Source of the DNA: Eledone cirrhosa
Lineage: Eukaryota
Direction: 5' to 3'
DNA length: 64,000 bases
Assembly (NCBI GenBank): GCA_964016885.1
Contig: OZ024745.1
Coordinates: forward strand, 133,796,001-133,860,000
A model generated the notes under the pieces. The model saw only the letters and a list, made by a program, of their open reading frames with translations. It was not told where the DNA came from and did no database searches. Positions within the stretch are counted from its first letter, which is position 1. Each line of letters starts with the position of its first letter. The translations under genes and the position numbers were made by a program. Below are positions 24,886 to 39,800 of the stretch, in pieces.

Positions 24886-27800
24886 ATGAAGTCAATTTCT
24901 CACCAACAAACCGCACCAATACAGAAATCTAAGCCACTATATGATGTTGGTGAGCCCAACAGTCTAACTAGCACCACTCTCTCAATAATTAAATCTAAGC
25001 CACTATATGATATTGGTGAGCCCAACAGTCTAACTAGCACCACTGCCTCAATAATTAAATCTAAACCACTATATGATGTTGGTGAGACCAACAGTCTAAC
25101 TAGCACCACTCTATCATTAATTAAATCTAAGCCACTATATGATGTTGGTGTGCCCAACAGTCTAACTAGCACCACTCTATCATTAATTAAATCTAAGCCA
25201 CTATATGATGTTGGTGAGCCCAACAGTCTAACTAGCACCACTCCCTCAATAATTAAATCTAAGCTACTATATGATGTTGGTGAGCCCAACAGTCTAACTA
25301 GCACCACTCCCTCATTAATTAAGTCTAAGCCACTATATGATGTTGGTGAGCCCAACAGTCTAACTAGCACCACTCTATCATTAATTAAATCTAAGCCACT
25401 ATATGATGTTGGTGAGCCCAACAGTCTAACTAGGACCACTCACTCATTAATTAAATCTAAGCCACTATATGATGTTAGTGAGCCCAACAGTCTAACTAGC
25501 ACCACTCCCTCATTAATTAAATATAAGCCACTATATGATGTTGGTGAGCCCAACAGTCTAACTAGCACCACTCTCTCATTAATTAAATCTAAGCCACTAT
25601 ATGATGTTGGTGAGCCCAACAGTCTAACTAGCACCACTCTATCATTAATTAAATCTAAGCCACTATATGATGTTGGTGAGCCCAACAGTCTAACTAGCAC
25701 CACTCCCTCAATAATTAAATCTAAGCCACTATATGATGTTGGTGAGCCCAACAGTCTGACTAGCACCACTCTCTCATTAATTAAATCTAAGCCACTATAT
25801 GATGTTGGTGAGCCCAACAGTCTAACTAGCACCACTCCCTCAATAATTAAATCTAAGCTACTATATGATGTTGGTGAGCCCAACAGTCTAACTAGCACCA
25901 CTCTATCATTAATTAAATCTAAGCCACTATATGATGTTGGTGAGCCCAACAGTTTAACTAGCACCACTCTATCATTAATTAAATCTAAGCCACTATATGA
26001 TGTTGGTGAGCCCAACAGTCTAACTAGCACCACTCCCTCAATAATTAAGTCTAAGCCACTATATGATGTTGGTGAGTCCAACAGTCTAACTAGCACCACT
26101 CTCTCAATAATTAAATCTAAGCCACTATATGATGTTGGTGAGTCCAACAGTCTAACTAGCACCACTCCCTCAATAATTAAGTCTAAGCCACTATATGATG
26201 TTGGTGAGTCCAACAGTCTAACTAGCACCACTCTATCATTAATTAAATCTAAGCCACTATATGATGTTGGTGAGCCCAACAGTCTAACTAGCACCACTCC
26301 CTCAATAATTAAGTCTAAGCCACTATATGATGTTGGTGAGCCCAACAGTCTAACTAGCACCACTCTCTCAATAATTAAATCTAAGCCACTATATGATGTT
26401 GGTGAGCCCAACAGTCTAACTAGCACCACTCCCTCAATAATTAAATCTAAGCTACTATATGATGTTGGTGAGCCCAACAGTCTAACTAGCACCACTCTCT
26501 CAATAATTAAATCTAAGCCACTATATGATGTTGGTGAGCCCAACAGTCTAACTAGCACCACTCCCTCATTAATTATGTCTAAGCCACTATATGATGTTGG
26601 TGAGCCCAACAGTCTAACTAGTACCACTCTATCATTAATAAAATCTAAGCCACTATATGATGTTGGTGAGCCCAACAGTTTAACTAGCACCACTCTATCA
26701 TTAATTAAATCTAAGCCACTATATGATGTTGGTGAGCCCAACAGTCTAACTAGCACCACTCCCTCAATAATTAAATCTAAGCCACTATATGATGTTGGTG
26801 AGCCGAACAGTCTAACTAGCACCACTCCCTCAATAGTTAAGTCTAAGCCATTATATGATGTTGGTGAGTCCAACAGTCTAACCAGCACCACTCTCTCAAT
26901 AATTATGTCTAAGCCACTATATGATGTTGGTGAGCCCAACAGTCTAACTAGCACCACTCTATCATTAATAAAATCTAAGCCACTATATGATGTTGGTGAC
27001 CCCAACAGTTTAACTAGCACCACCCTATCATTAATTAAATCTAAGCCACTATATGATGTTGGTGAGCCCAACAGTCTAACTAGCACCACTCCCTCATTAA
27101 TTAAGTCTATGCCACTATATGATGTTGGTGAGCCCAACAGTCTAACTAGCACCACTCTATCATTAATTAAATCTAAGCCACTATATGATGTTGGTGAGCC
27201 CAACAGTCTAACTAGCACCACTCTATCATTAATTAAATATAAGCCACTATATGATGTTGGTGAGCCCAACAGTCTAACTAGCACCACTCTATCATTAATT
27301 AAATCTAAGCCACTATATGATGTTGGTGAGCCCAACAGTCTAACTAGCACCACTCTATCATTAATTAAATCTAAGCCACTATATGATGTTGGTGAGCCCA
27401 ACAGTCTAACTAGCACCACTCTATCATTAATTAAATCTAAGCCACTATATGATGTTGGTGAGCCCAACAGTCTAACTAGCACCACTCCCTCAATAATTAA
27501 ATCTAAGCCATTATATGATGTTGGTGAGCCCAACAGTCTAACTAGCACCACTCTCTCATTAATTAAATCTAAGCCACTATATGATGTTGGTGAGCCCAAC
27601 AGTCTAACTAGCACCACTCCCTCAATAATTAAATCTAAGCTACTATATGATGTTGGTGAGCCCAACAGTCTAACTAGCACCACTCTATCATTAATTAAAT
27701 CTAAGCCACTATATGATGTTGGTGAGCCCAACAGTCTAACTAGCACCACTCCCTCATTAATTGAATATAAGCCACTATATGATGTTGGTGAGCCGAACAG

Positions 27801-30800
27801 TCTAACTAGCACCACTCTATCATTAATTAAATCTAAGCCACTATATGATGTTGGTGAGCCCAACAGTCTAACTAGCACCACTCTATCATTAATTAAATCT
27901 AAGCCACTATATGATGTTGGTGAGCCCAACAGTCTAACTAGCACCACTCCCTCAATAATTAAATCTAAGCCACTATATGATGTTGGTGAGCCCAACAGTC
28001 TAACTAGCACCACTCTCTCATTAATTAAATCTAAGCCACTATATGATGTTGGTGAGCCGAACAGTCTAACTAGCACCACTCTATCATTAATTAAATCTAA
28101 GCCACTATATGATGTTGGTGAGCCCAACAGTCTAACTAGCACCACTCTATCATTAATTAAATCTAAGCCACTATATGATGTTGGTGAGCCCAACAGTCTA
28201 ACTAGCACCACTCCCTCAATAATTAAATCTAAGCCACTATATGATGTTGGTGAGCCCAACAGTCTAACTAGCACCACTCTCTCATTAATTAAATCTAAGC
28301 CACTATATGATGTTGGTGAGCCCAACAGTCTAACTAGCACCACTCCCTCAATAATTAAATCTAAGCTACTATATGATGTTGGTGAGCCCAACAGTCTAAC
28401 TAGCACCACTCTATCATTAATTAAATCTAAGCCACTATATGATGTTGGTGAGCCCAACAGTCTAACTAGGACCACTCACTCATTAATTAAATCTAAGCCA
28501 CTATATGATGTTGGTGAGCCCAACAGTCTAACTAGCACCACTCCCTCATTAATTAAATATAAGCCACTATATGATGTTGGTGAGCCCAACAGTCTAACTA
28601 GCACCACTCTATCATTAATTAAATCTAAGCCACTATATGATGTTGGTGAGCCCAACAGTCTAACTAGCACCACTCCCTCAATAATTAAATCTAAGCCACT
28701 ATATGATGTTGGTGAGCCCAACAGTCTAACTAGCACCACTCTCTCATTAATTAAATCTAAGCCACTATATGATGTTGGTGAGCCCAACAGTCTAACTAGC
28801 ACCACTCCCTCAATAATTAAATCTAAGCCACTATATGATGTTGGTGAGCCCAACAGTCTCACTAGCACCACTCTATCATTAATTAAATCTAAGCCACTAT
28901 ATGATGTTGGTGAGCCCAACAGTCTAACTAGGACCACTCACTCATTAATTAAATCTTAGCCACTATATGAAGTTGGTGAGCCCAACAGTCTAACTAGCAC
29001 CACTCCCTCATTAATTAAATATAAGCCACTATATGATGTTGGTTAGCCCAACAGTCTAACTAGCACCACTCTATCATTAATTAAATATAAGCCACTATAT
29101 GATGTTGGTGAGCCCAACAGTCTAACTAGCACCACTCCCTCAATAATTAAGTCTAAGCCACTATATGATGTTGGTGAGTCCAACAGTCTAACTAGCACCA
29201 CTCCCTCAATAATTAAATCTAAGCCACTGTATGATGTTGGTGAGCCCAACAGTCTAACTAGCACCACTCCCTCAATAATTAAATCTAAGCTACTATATGA
29301 TGTTGGTGAGCCCAACAGTCTAACTAGCACCACTCCCTCATTAATTAAGTCTAAGCCACTATATGATGTTGGTGAGCCCAACAGTCTAACTAGCACCACT
29401 CTATCATTAATTAAATCTAAGCCACTATATGATGTTGGTGAGCCCAACAGTCTAACTAGGACCACTCACTCATTAATAAAATCTAAGCCACTATATGATG
29501 TTAGTGAGCCCAACAGTCTAACTAGCACCACTCCCTCATTAATTAAATATAAGCCACTATATGATGTTGGTGAGCCCAACAGTCTAACTAGCACCACTCT
29601 CTCATTAATTAAATCTAAGCCACTATATGATGTTGGTGAGCCCAACAGTCTAACTAGCACCACTCTCTCAATAATTAAATCTAAGCCACTATATGATGTT
29701 GGTGAGCCCAACAGTCTAACTAGCACCACTCCCTCAATAATTAAATCTAAGCTACTATATGATGTTGGTGAGCCCAACAGACTAACTAGCACCACTCTCT
29801 CAATAATTAAATCTAAGCCACTATATGATGTTGGTGAGCCCAACAGTCTAACTAGCACCACTCCCTCATTAATTGAATATAAGCCACTATATGATGTTGG
29901 TGAGCCGAACAGTCTAACTAGCACCACTCTATCATTAATTAAATCTAAGCCACTATATGATGTTGGTGAGCCCAACAGTCTAACTAGCACCACTCTATCA
30001 TTAATTAAATCTAAGCCACTATATGATGTTGGTGAGCCCAACAGTCTAACTAGCACCACTCCCTCAATAATTAAATCTAAGCCACTATATGATGTTGGTG
30101 AGCCCAACAGTCTGACTAGCACCACTCTCTCATTAATTAAATCTAAGCCACTATATGATGTTGGTGAGCCCAACAGTCTAACTAGCACCACTCCCTCAAT
30201 AATTAAATCTAAGCTACTATATGATGTTGGTGAGCCCAACAGTCTAACTAGCACCACTCTATCATTAATTAAATCTAAGCCACTATATGATGTTGGTGAG
30301 CCCAACAGTTTAACTAGCACCACTCTATCATTAATTAAATCTAAGCCACTATATGATGTTGGTGAGCCCAACAGTCTAACTAGCACCACTCCCTCAATAA
30401 TTAAGTCTAAGCCACTATATGATGTTGGTGAGTCCAACAGTCTAACTAGCACCACTCTCTCAATAATTAAATCTAAGCCACTATATGATGTTGGTGAGTC
30501 CAACAGTCTAACTAGCACCACTCCCTCAATAATTAAGTCTAAGCCACTATATGATGTTGGTGAGTCCAACAGTCTAACTAGCACCACTCTATCATTAATT
30601 AAATCTAAGCCACTATATGATGTTGGTGAGCCCAACAGTCTAACTAGCACCACTCCCTCAATAATTAAGTCTAAGCCACTATATGATGTTGGTGAGCCCA
30701 ACAGTCTAACTAGCACCACTCTCTCAATAATTAAATCTAAGCCACTATATGATGTTGGTGAGCCCAACAGTCTAACTAGCACCACTCCCTCAATAATTAA

Positions 30801-33800
30801 ATCTAAGCTACTATATGATGTTGGTGAGCCCAACAGTCTAACTAGCACCACTCTCTCAATAATTAAATCTAAGCCACTATATGATGTTGGTGAGCCCAAC
30901 AGTCTAACTAGCACCACTCCCTCATTAATTATGTCTAAGCCACTATATGATGTTGGTGAGCCCAACAGTCTAACTAGCACCACTCTATCATTAATAAAAT
31001 CTAAGCCACTATATGATGTTGGTGAGCCCAACAGTTTAACTAGCACCACTCTATCATTAATTAAATCTAAGCCACTATATGATGTTGGTGAGCCCAACAG
31101 TCTAACTAGCACCACTCCCTCAATAATTAAATCTAAGCCACTATATGATGTTGGTGAGCCGAACAGTCTAACTAGCACCACTCCCTCAATAGTTAAGTCT
31201 AAGCCATTATATGATGTTGGTGAGTCCAACAGTCTAACCAGCACCACTCTCTCAATAATTATGTCTAAGCCACTATATGATGTTGGTGAGCCCAACAGTC
31301 TAACTAGCACCACTCTATCATTAATAAAATCTAAGCCACTATATGATGTTGGTGAGCCCAACAGTTTAACTAGCACCACCCTATCATTAATTAAATCTAA
31401 GCCACTATATGATGTTGGTGAGCCCAACAGTCTAACTAGCACCACTCCCTCATTAATTAAGTCTATGCCACTATATGATGTTGGTGAGCCCAACAGTCTA
31501 ACTAGCACCACTCTATCATTAATTAAATCTAAGCCACTATATGATGTTGGTGAGCCCAACAGTCTAACTAGCACCACTCTATCATTAATTAAATATAAGC
31601 CACTATATGATGTTGGTGAGCCCAACAGTCTAACTAGCACCACTCTATCATTAATTAAATCTAAGCCACTATATGATGTTGGTGAGCCCAACAGTCTAAC
31701 TAGCACCACTCTATCATTAATTAAATCTAAGCCACTATATGATGTTGATGAGCCCAACAGTCTAACTAGCACCACTCCCTCAATAATTAAATCTAAGCTA
31801 CTATATGATGTTGGTGAGCCCAACAGTCTAACTAGCACCACTCCCTCATTAATTAAGTCTAGGCCACTATATGATGTTGGTGAGCCCAACAGTCTAACTA
31901 GCACCACTCTATCATTAATTAAATCTAAGCCACTATATGATGTTGGTGAGCCCAACAGTCTAACTAGGACCACTCACTCATTAATTAAATCTAAGCCACT
32001 ATATGATGTTGGTGAGCCCAACAGTCTAACTAGCACCACTCCCTCATTAATTAAATATAAGCCACTATATGATGTTGGTGAGCCCAACAGTCTAACTAGC
32101 ACCACTCTATCATTAATTAAATCTAAGCCACTATATGATGTTGGTGAGCCCAACAGTCTAACTAGCACCACTCCCTCATTAATTGAATATAAGCCACTAT
32201 ATGATGTTGGTGAGCCGAACAGTCTAACTAGCACCACTCTATCATTAATTAAATCTAAGCCACTATATGATGTTGGTGAGCCCAACAGTCTAACTAGCAC
32301 CACTCTATCATTAATTAAATCTAAGCCACTATATGATGTTGGTGAGCCCAACAGTCTAACTAGCACCACTCCCTCAATAATTAAATCTAAGCCACTATAT
32401 GATGTTGGTGAGCCCAACAGTCTAACTAGCACCACTCTCTCATTAATTAAATCTAAGCCACTATATGATGTTGGTGAGCCGAACAGTCTAACTAGCACCA
32501 CTCTATCATTAATTAAATCTAAGCCACTATATGATGTTGGTGAGCCCAACAGTCTAACTAGCACCACTCTATCATTAATTAAATCTAAGCCACTATATGA
32601 TGTTGGTGAGCCCAACAGTCTAACTAGCACCACTCCCTCAATAATTAAATCTAAGCCACTATATGATGTTGGTGAGCCCAACAGTCTAACTAGCACCACT
32701 CTCTCATTAATTAAATCTAAGCCACTATATGATGTTGGTGAGCCCAACAGTCTAACTAGCACCACTCCCTCAATAATTAAATCTAAGCTACTATATGATG
32801 TTGGTGAGCCCAACAGTCTAACTAGCACCACTCTATCATTAATTAAATCTAAGCCACTATATGATGTTGGTGAGCCCAACAGTCTAACTAGCACCACTCA
32901 CTCATTAATTAAATCTAAGCCACTATATGATGTTGGTGAGCCCAACAGTCTAACTAGCACCACTCCCTCATTAATTAAATATAAGCCACTATATGATGTT
33001 GGTGAGCCCAACAGTCTAACTAGCACCACTCTATCATTAATTAAATCTAAGCCACTATATGATGTTGGTGAGCCCAACAGTCTAACTAGCACCACTCCCT
33101 CAATAATTAAATCTAAGCCACTATATGATGTTGGTGAGCCCAACAGTCTAACTAGCACCACTCTCTCATTAATTAAATCTAAGCCACTATATGATGTTGG
33201 TGAGCCCAACAGTCTAACTAGCACCACTCCCTCAATAATTAAATCTAAGCCACTATATGATGTTGGTGAGCCCAACAGTCTAACTAGCACCACTCTATCA
33301 TTAATTAAATCTAAGCCACTATATGATGTTGGTGAGCCCAACAGTCTAACTAGGACCACTCACTCATTAATTAAATCTTAGCCACTATATGAAGTTGGTG
33401 AGCCCAACAGTCTAACTAGCACCACTCCCTCATTAATTAAATATAAGCCACTATATGATGTTGGTTAGCCCAACAGTCTAACTAGCACCACTCTATCATT
33501 AATTAAATATAAGCCACTATATGATGTTGGTGAGCCCAACAGTCTAACTAGCACCACTCCCTCAATAATTAAGTCTAAGCCACTATATGATGTTGGTGAG
33601 TCCAACAGTCTAACTAGCACCACTCCCTCAATAATTAAATCTAAGCCACTGTATGATGTTGGTGAGCCCAACAGTCTAACTAGCACCACTCCCTCAATAA
33701 TTAAATCTAAGCTACTATATGATGTTGGTGAGCCCAACAGTCTAACTAGCACCACTCCCTCATTAATTAAGTCTAAGCCACTATATGATGTCGGTGAGCC

Positions 33801-36800
33801 CAACAGTCTAACTAGCACCACTCTATCATTAATTAAATCTAAGCCACTATATGATGTTGGTGAGCCCAACAGTCTAACTAGGACCACTCACTCATTAATT
33901 AAATCTAAGCCACTATATGATGTTAGTGAGCCCAACAGTCTAACTAGCACCACTCCCTCATTAATTAAATATAAGCCACTATATGATGTTGGTGAGCCCA
34001 ACAGTCTAACTAGCACCACTCTCTCATTAATTAAATCTAAGCCACTATATGATGTTGGTGAGCCCAACAGTCTAACTAGCACCACTCTCTCAATAATTAA
34101 ATCTAAGCCACTATATGATGTTGGTGAGCCCAACAGTCTAACTAGCACCACTCCCTCAATAATTAAATCTAAGCTACTATATGATGTTGGTGAGCCCAAC
34201 AGACTAACTAGCACCACTCTCTCAATAATTAAATCTAAGCCACTATATGATGTTGGTGAGCCCAACAGTCTAACTAGCACCACTCCCTCATTAATTGAAT
34301 ATAAGCCACTATATGATGTTGGTGAGCCGAACAGTCTAACTAGCACCACTCTATCATTAATTAAATCTAAGCCACTATATGATGTTGGTGAGCCCAACAG
34401 TCTAACTAGCACCACTCTATCATTAATTAAATCTAAGCCACTATATGATGTTGGTGAGCCCAACAGTCTAACTAGCACCACTCCCTCAATAATTAAATCT
34501 AAGCCACTATATGATGTTGGTGAGCCCAACAGTCTGACTAGCACCACTCTCTCATTAATTAAATCTAAGCCACTATATGATGTTGGTGAGCCCAACAGTC
34601 TAACTAGCACCACTCCCTCAATAATTAAATCTAAGCTACTATATGATGTTGGTGAGCCCAACAGTCTAACTAGCACCACTCTATCATTAATTAAATCTAA
34701 GCCACTATATGATGTTGGTGAGCCCAACAGTTTAACTAGCACCACTCTATCATTAATTAAATCTAAGCCACTATATGATGTTGGTGAGCCCAACAGTCTA
34801 ACTAGCACCACTCCCTCAATAATTAAGTCTAAGCCACTATATGATGTTGGTGAGTCCAACAGTCTAACTAGCACCACTCTCTCAATAATTAAATCTAAGC
34901 CACTATATGATGTTGGTGAGTCCAACAGTCTAACTAGCACCACTCCCTCAATAATTAAGTCTAAGCCACTATATGATGTTGGTGAGTCCAACAGTCTAAC
35001 TAGCACCACTCTATCATTAATTAAATCTAAGCCACTATATGATGTTGGTGAGCCCAACAGTCTAACTAGCACCACTCCCTCAATAATTAAGTCTAAGCCA
35101 CTATATGATGTTGGTGAGCCCAACAGTCTAACTAGCACCACTCTCTCAATAATTAAATCTAAGCCACTATATGATGTTGGTGAGCCCAACAGTCTAACTA
35201 GCACCACTCCCTCAATAATTAAATCTAAGCTACTATATGATGTTGGTGAGCCCAACAGTCTAACTAGCACCACTCTCTCAATAATTAAATCTAAGCCACT
35301 ATATGATGTTGGTGAGCCCAACAGTCTAACTAGCACCACTCCCTCATTAATTATGTCTAAGCCACTATATGATGTTGGTGAGCCCAACAGTCTAACTAGC
35401 ACCACTCTATCATTAATAAAATCTAAGCCACTATATGATGTTGGTGAGCCCAACAGTTTAACTAGCACCACTCTATCATTAATTAAATCTAAGCCACTAT
35501 ATGATGTTGGTGAGCCCAACAGTCTAACTAGCACCACTCCCTCAATAATTAAATCTAAGCCACTATATGATGTTGGTGAGCCGAACAGTCTAACTAGCAC
35601 CACTCCCTCAATAGTTAAGTCTAAGCCATTATATGATGTTGGTGAGTCCAACAGTCTAACCAGCACCACTCTCTCAATAATTATGTCTAAGCCACTATAT
35701 GATGTTGGTGAGCCCAACAGTCTAACTAGCACCACTCTATCATTAATAAAATCTAAGCCACTATATGATGTTGGTGAGCCCAACAGTTTAACTAGCACCA
35801 CCCTATCATTAATTAAATCTAAGCCACTATATGATGTTGGTGAGCCCAACAGTCTAACTAGCACCACTCCCTCATTAATTAAGTCTATGCCACTATATGA
35901 TGTTGGTGAGCCCAACAGTCTAACTAGCACCACTCTATCATTAATTAAATCTAAGCCACTATATGATGTTGGTGAGCCCAACAGTCTAACTAGCACCACT
36001 CTATCATTAATTAAATATAAGCCACTATATGATGTTGGTGAGCCCAACAGTCTAACTAGCACCACTCTATCATTAATTAAATCTAAGCCACTATATGATG
36101 TTGGTGAGCCCAACAGTCTAACTAGCACCACTCTATCATTAATTAAATCTAAGCCACTATATGATGTTGATGAGCCCAACAGTCTAACTAGCACCACTCC
36201 CTCAATAATTAAATCTAAGCTACTATATGATGTTGGTGAGCCCAACAGTCTAACTAGCACCACTCCCTCATTAATTAAGTCTAGGCCACTATATGATGTT
36301 GGTGAGCCCAACAGTCTAACTAGCACCACTCTATCATTAATTAAATCTAAGCCACTATATGATGTTGGTGAGCCCAACAGTCTAACTAGGACCACTCACT
36401 CATTAATTAAATCTAAGCCACTATATGATGTTGGTGAGCCCAACAGTCTAACTAGCACCACTCCCTCATTAATTAAATATAAGCCACTATATGATGTTGG
36501 TGAGCCCAACAGTCTAACTAGCACCACTCTATCATTAATTAAATCTAAGCCACTATATGATGTTGGTGAGGCCAACAGTCTAACTAGCACCACTCTATCA
36601 TTAATTAAATCTAAGCCACTATATGATGTTGGTGAGCCCAACAGTCTAACTAGCACCACTCCCTCAATAATTAAATCTAAGCCACTATATGATGTTGGTG
36701 AGCCCAACAGTCTAACTAGCACCACTCTCTCATTAATTAAATCTAAGCCACTAGATGATGTTGGTGAGCCCAACAGTCTAACTAGCACCACTCCCTCAAT

Positions 36801-39800
36801 AATTAAATCTAAGCCACTATATGATGTCGGTGAGCCCAACAGTCTAACTAGCACCACTCTATCATTAATTAAATCTAAGCCACTATATGATGTTGGTGAG
36901 CCCAATAGTCTAACTAGGACCACTCACTCATTAATTAAATCTAAGCCACTATATGATGTTGGTGAGCCCAACAGTCTAACTAGCACCACTCCCTCATTAA
37001 TTAAATATAAGCCACTATATGATGTTGGTGAGCCCAACAGTCTAACTAGCACCACTCTCTCATTAATTAAATATAAGCCACTATATGATGTTGGTGAGCC
37101 CAACAGTCTAACTAGCACCACTCTCTCATTAATTAAATCTAAGCCACTATATAATGTTGGTGAGCCCAACAGTCTAACTAGCACCACTCCCTCAATAATT
37201 AAATCTAAGCTACTATATGATGTTGGTGAGCCCAACAGTCTAACTAGCACCACTCTATCATTAATTAAATCTAAGCCACTATATGATGTTGGTGAGCCCA
37301 ACAGTTTAACTAGCACCACTCTATCATTAATTAAATCTAAGCCACTATATGATGTTGGTGAGCCCAACAGTCTAACTAGCACCACTCCCTCAATAATTAA
37401 GTCTAAGCCACTATATGATGTTGGTGAGTCCAACAGTCTAACTAGCACCACTCTCTCAATAATTAAATCTAAGCCACTATATGATGTTGGTGAGCCCAAC
37501 AGTCTAACTAGCACCACTCCCTCAGTAATTAAATCTAAGCCACTATATGATGTTGGTGAGCCCAAAAGTCTAACTAGTACCACTCCCTCAATAATTAAAT
37601 CTAAGCTACTATATGATGTTGGTGAGCCCAACAGTCTAACTAGCACCACTCTCTCAATAATTAAATCTAAGCCACTATATGATGTTGGTGAGCCCAACAG
37701 TCTAACTAGCACCACTCCCTCATTAATTATGTCTAAGCCACTATATGATGTTGGTGAGCCCAACAGTCTAACTAGCACCACTCTATCATTAATAAAATCT
37801 AACCCACTATATGATGTTGGTGAGCCCAACAGTTTAACTAGCACCACTCTATCATTAATTAAATCTAAGCCACTATATGATGTTGGTGAGCCCAACAGTC
37901 TAACTAGCACCACTCTATCATTAATTAAATCTAAGCCACTATATGATGTTGGTGAGTCCAACAGTCTAACCAGCACCACTCTCTCAATAATTAAATCTAA
38001 GCCACTATATGATGTTGGTGAGCCCAACAGTCTAACTAGCACCACTGCCTCAATAATTAAATCTAAGCTACTATATGATGTTGGTGAGCCCAACAGTCTA
38101 ACTAGCACCACTCTCTCAATAATTAAGTCTAAGCCACTATATGATGTTGGTGAGCCCAACAGTCTAACTAGCACCACTCCCTCAATAATTAAATCTAAGC
38201 TACTACATGATGTTGGTGAGCCCAAAAGTCTAACTAGCACCACTCCCTCATTAATTAAGTCTGAGCCACTATATGATGTTGGTGAGCCCAACAGTCTAAC
38301 TAGCACCACTCTATCATTAATTAAATCTAAGCCACTATATGATGCTGGTGAGCCCAACAGTCTAACTAGCACCACTCTATCATTAATTAAATATAAGCCA
38401 CTATATGATGTTGGTGAGCCCAACAGTCTAACTAGCACCACTCTATCATTAATTAAATCTAAGCCACTATATGATGTTGGTGAGCCCAACAGTCTAACTA
38501 GCACCACTCTATCATTAATTAAATCTAAGCCACTATATGATGTTGGTGAGCCCAACAGTCTAACTAGCACCACTCCCTCAATAATTAAATCTAAGCTACT
38601 ATATGATGTTGGTGAGCCCAACAGTCTACCTAGCACCACTCCCTCATTAATTAAGTCTAAGCCACTATATGATGTTGGTGAGCCCAACAGTCTAACTAGC
38701 ACCACTCTATCATTAATTAAATCTAAGCCACTATATGATGTTGGTGAGCCCAACAGTCTAACTAGGACCACTCACTCATTAATTAAATCTAAGCCACTAT
38801 ATGATGTTGGTGAGCCCAACAGTCTAACTAGCACCACTCCCTCACTAATTAAATATAAGCCACTATATGATGTTGGTGAGCCCAACAGTCTAACTAGCAC
38901 CACTCTATCATTAATTAAATCTAAGCCACTATATGATGTTGGTGAGCCCAACAGTCTAACTAGCACCACTCCCTCATTAATTAAGTCTAAGCCACTATAT
39001 GATGTTGGTGAGCCCAACAGTCTAACTAGCACCACTCTCTCATTAATTAAATCTAAGCCACTAGATGATGTTGGTGAGCCCAACAGTCTAACTAGCACCA
39101 CTCCCTCAGTAATTAAATCTAAGCCACTATATGATGTTGGTGAGCCCAACAGTCTAACTAGCACCACTCTATCATTAATTAAATCTAAGCCACTATATGA
39201 TGTTGGTGAGCCCAACAGTCTAACTAGGACCACTCACTCATTAATTAAATCTAAGCCACTATATGATGTTGGTGAGCCCAACAGTCTAACTAGCACCACT
39301 CCCTCATTAATTAAATATAAGCCACTATATGATGTTGGTGAGCCTAACAGTCTAACTAGCACCACTCTCTCATTAATTAAATATAAGCCACTATATGATG
39401 TTGGTGAGCCCAACAGTCTAACTAGCACCACTCCCTCATTAATTAAGTCTAAGCCACTATATGATGTTGGTGAGCCCAACAGTCTAACTAGCACCACTCT
39501 ATCATTAATTAAATCTAAGCCACTATATGATGTTGGTGAGCCCAACAGTCTAACTAGGACCACTCCCTCAATAATTAAATCTAAGCCACTATATGATGTT
39601 GGTGAGCCCAACAGTCTAACTAGCACCACTCCCTCATTAATTGAATATAAGCCACTATATGATGTTGGTGAGCCCAACAATCTAACTAGCACCACTCTAT
39701 CATTAATTAAATCTAAGCCACTATATGATGTTGGTGAGCCCAACAGTCTAACTAGCACCACTCTATCATTAATTAAATCTAAGCCACTATATGATGTTGG

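Noticed and set aside
24925-24990. Ribozyme within the 66-bp unit (retrozyme-like satellite)
   Set aside because: It has ATGATG and a hairpin but no CTGANGA/GAAA core on either strand.
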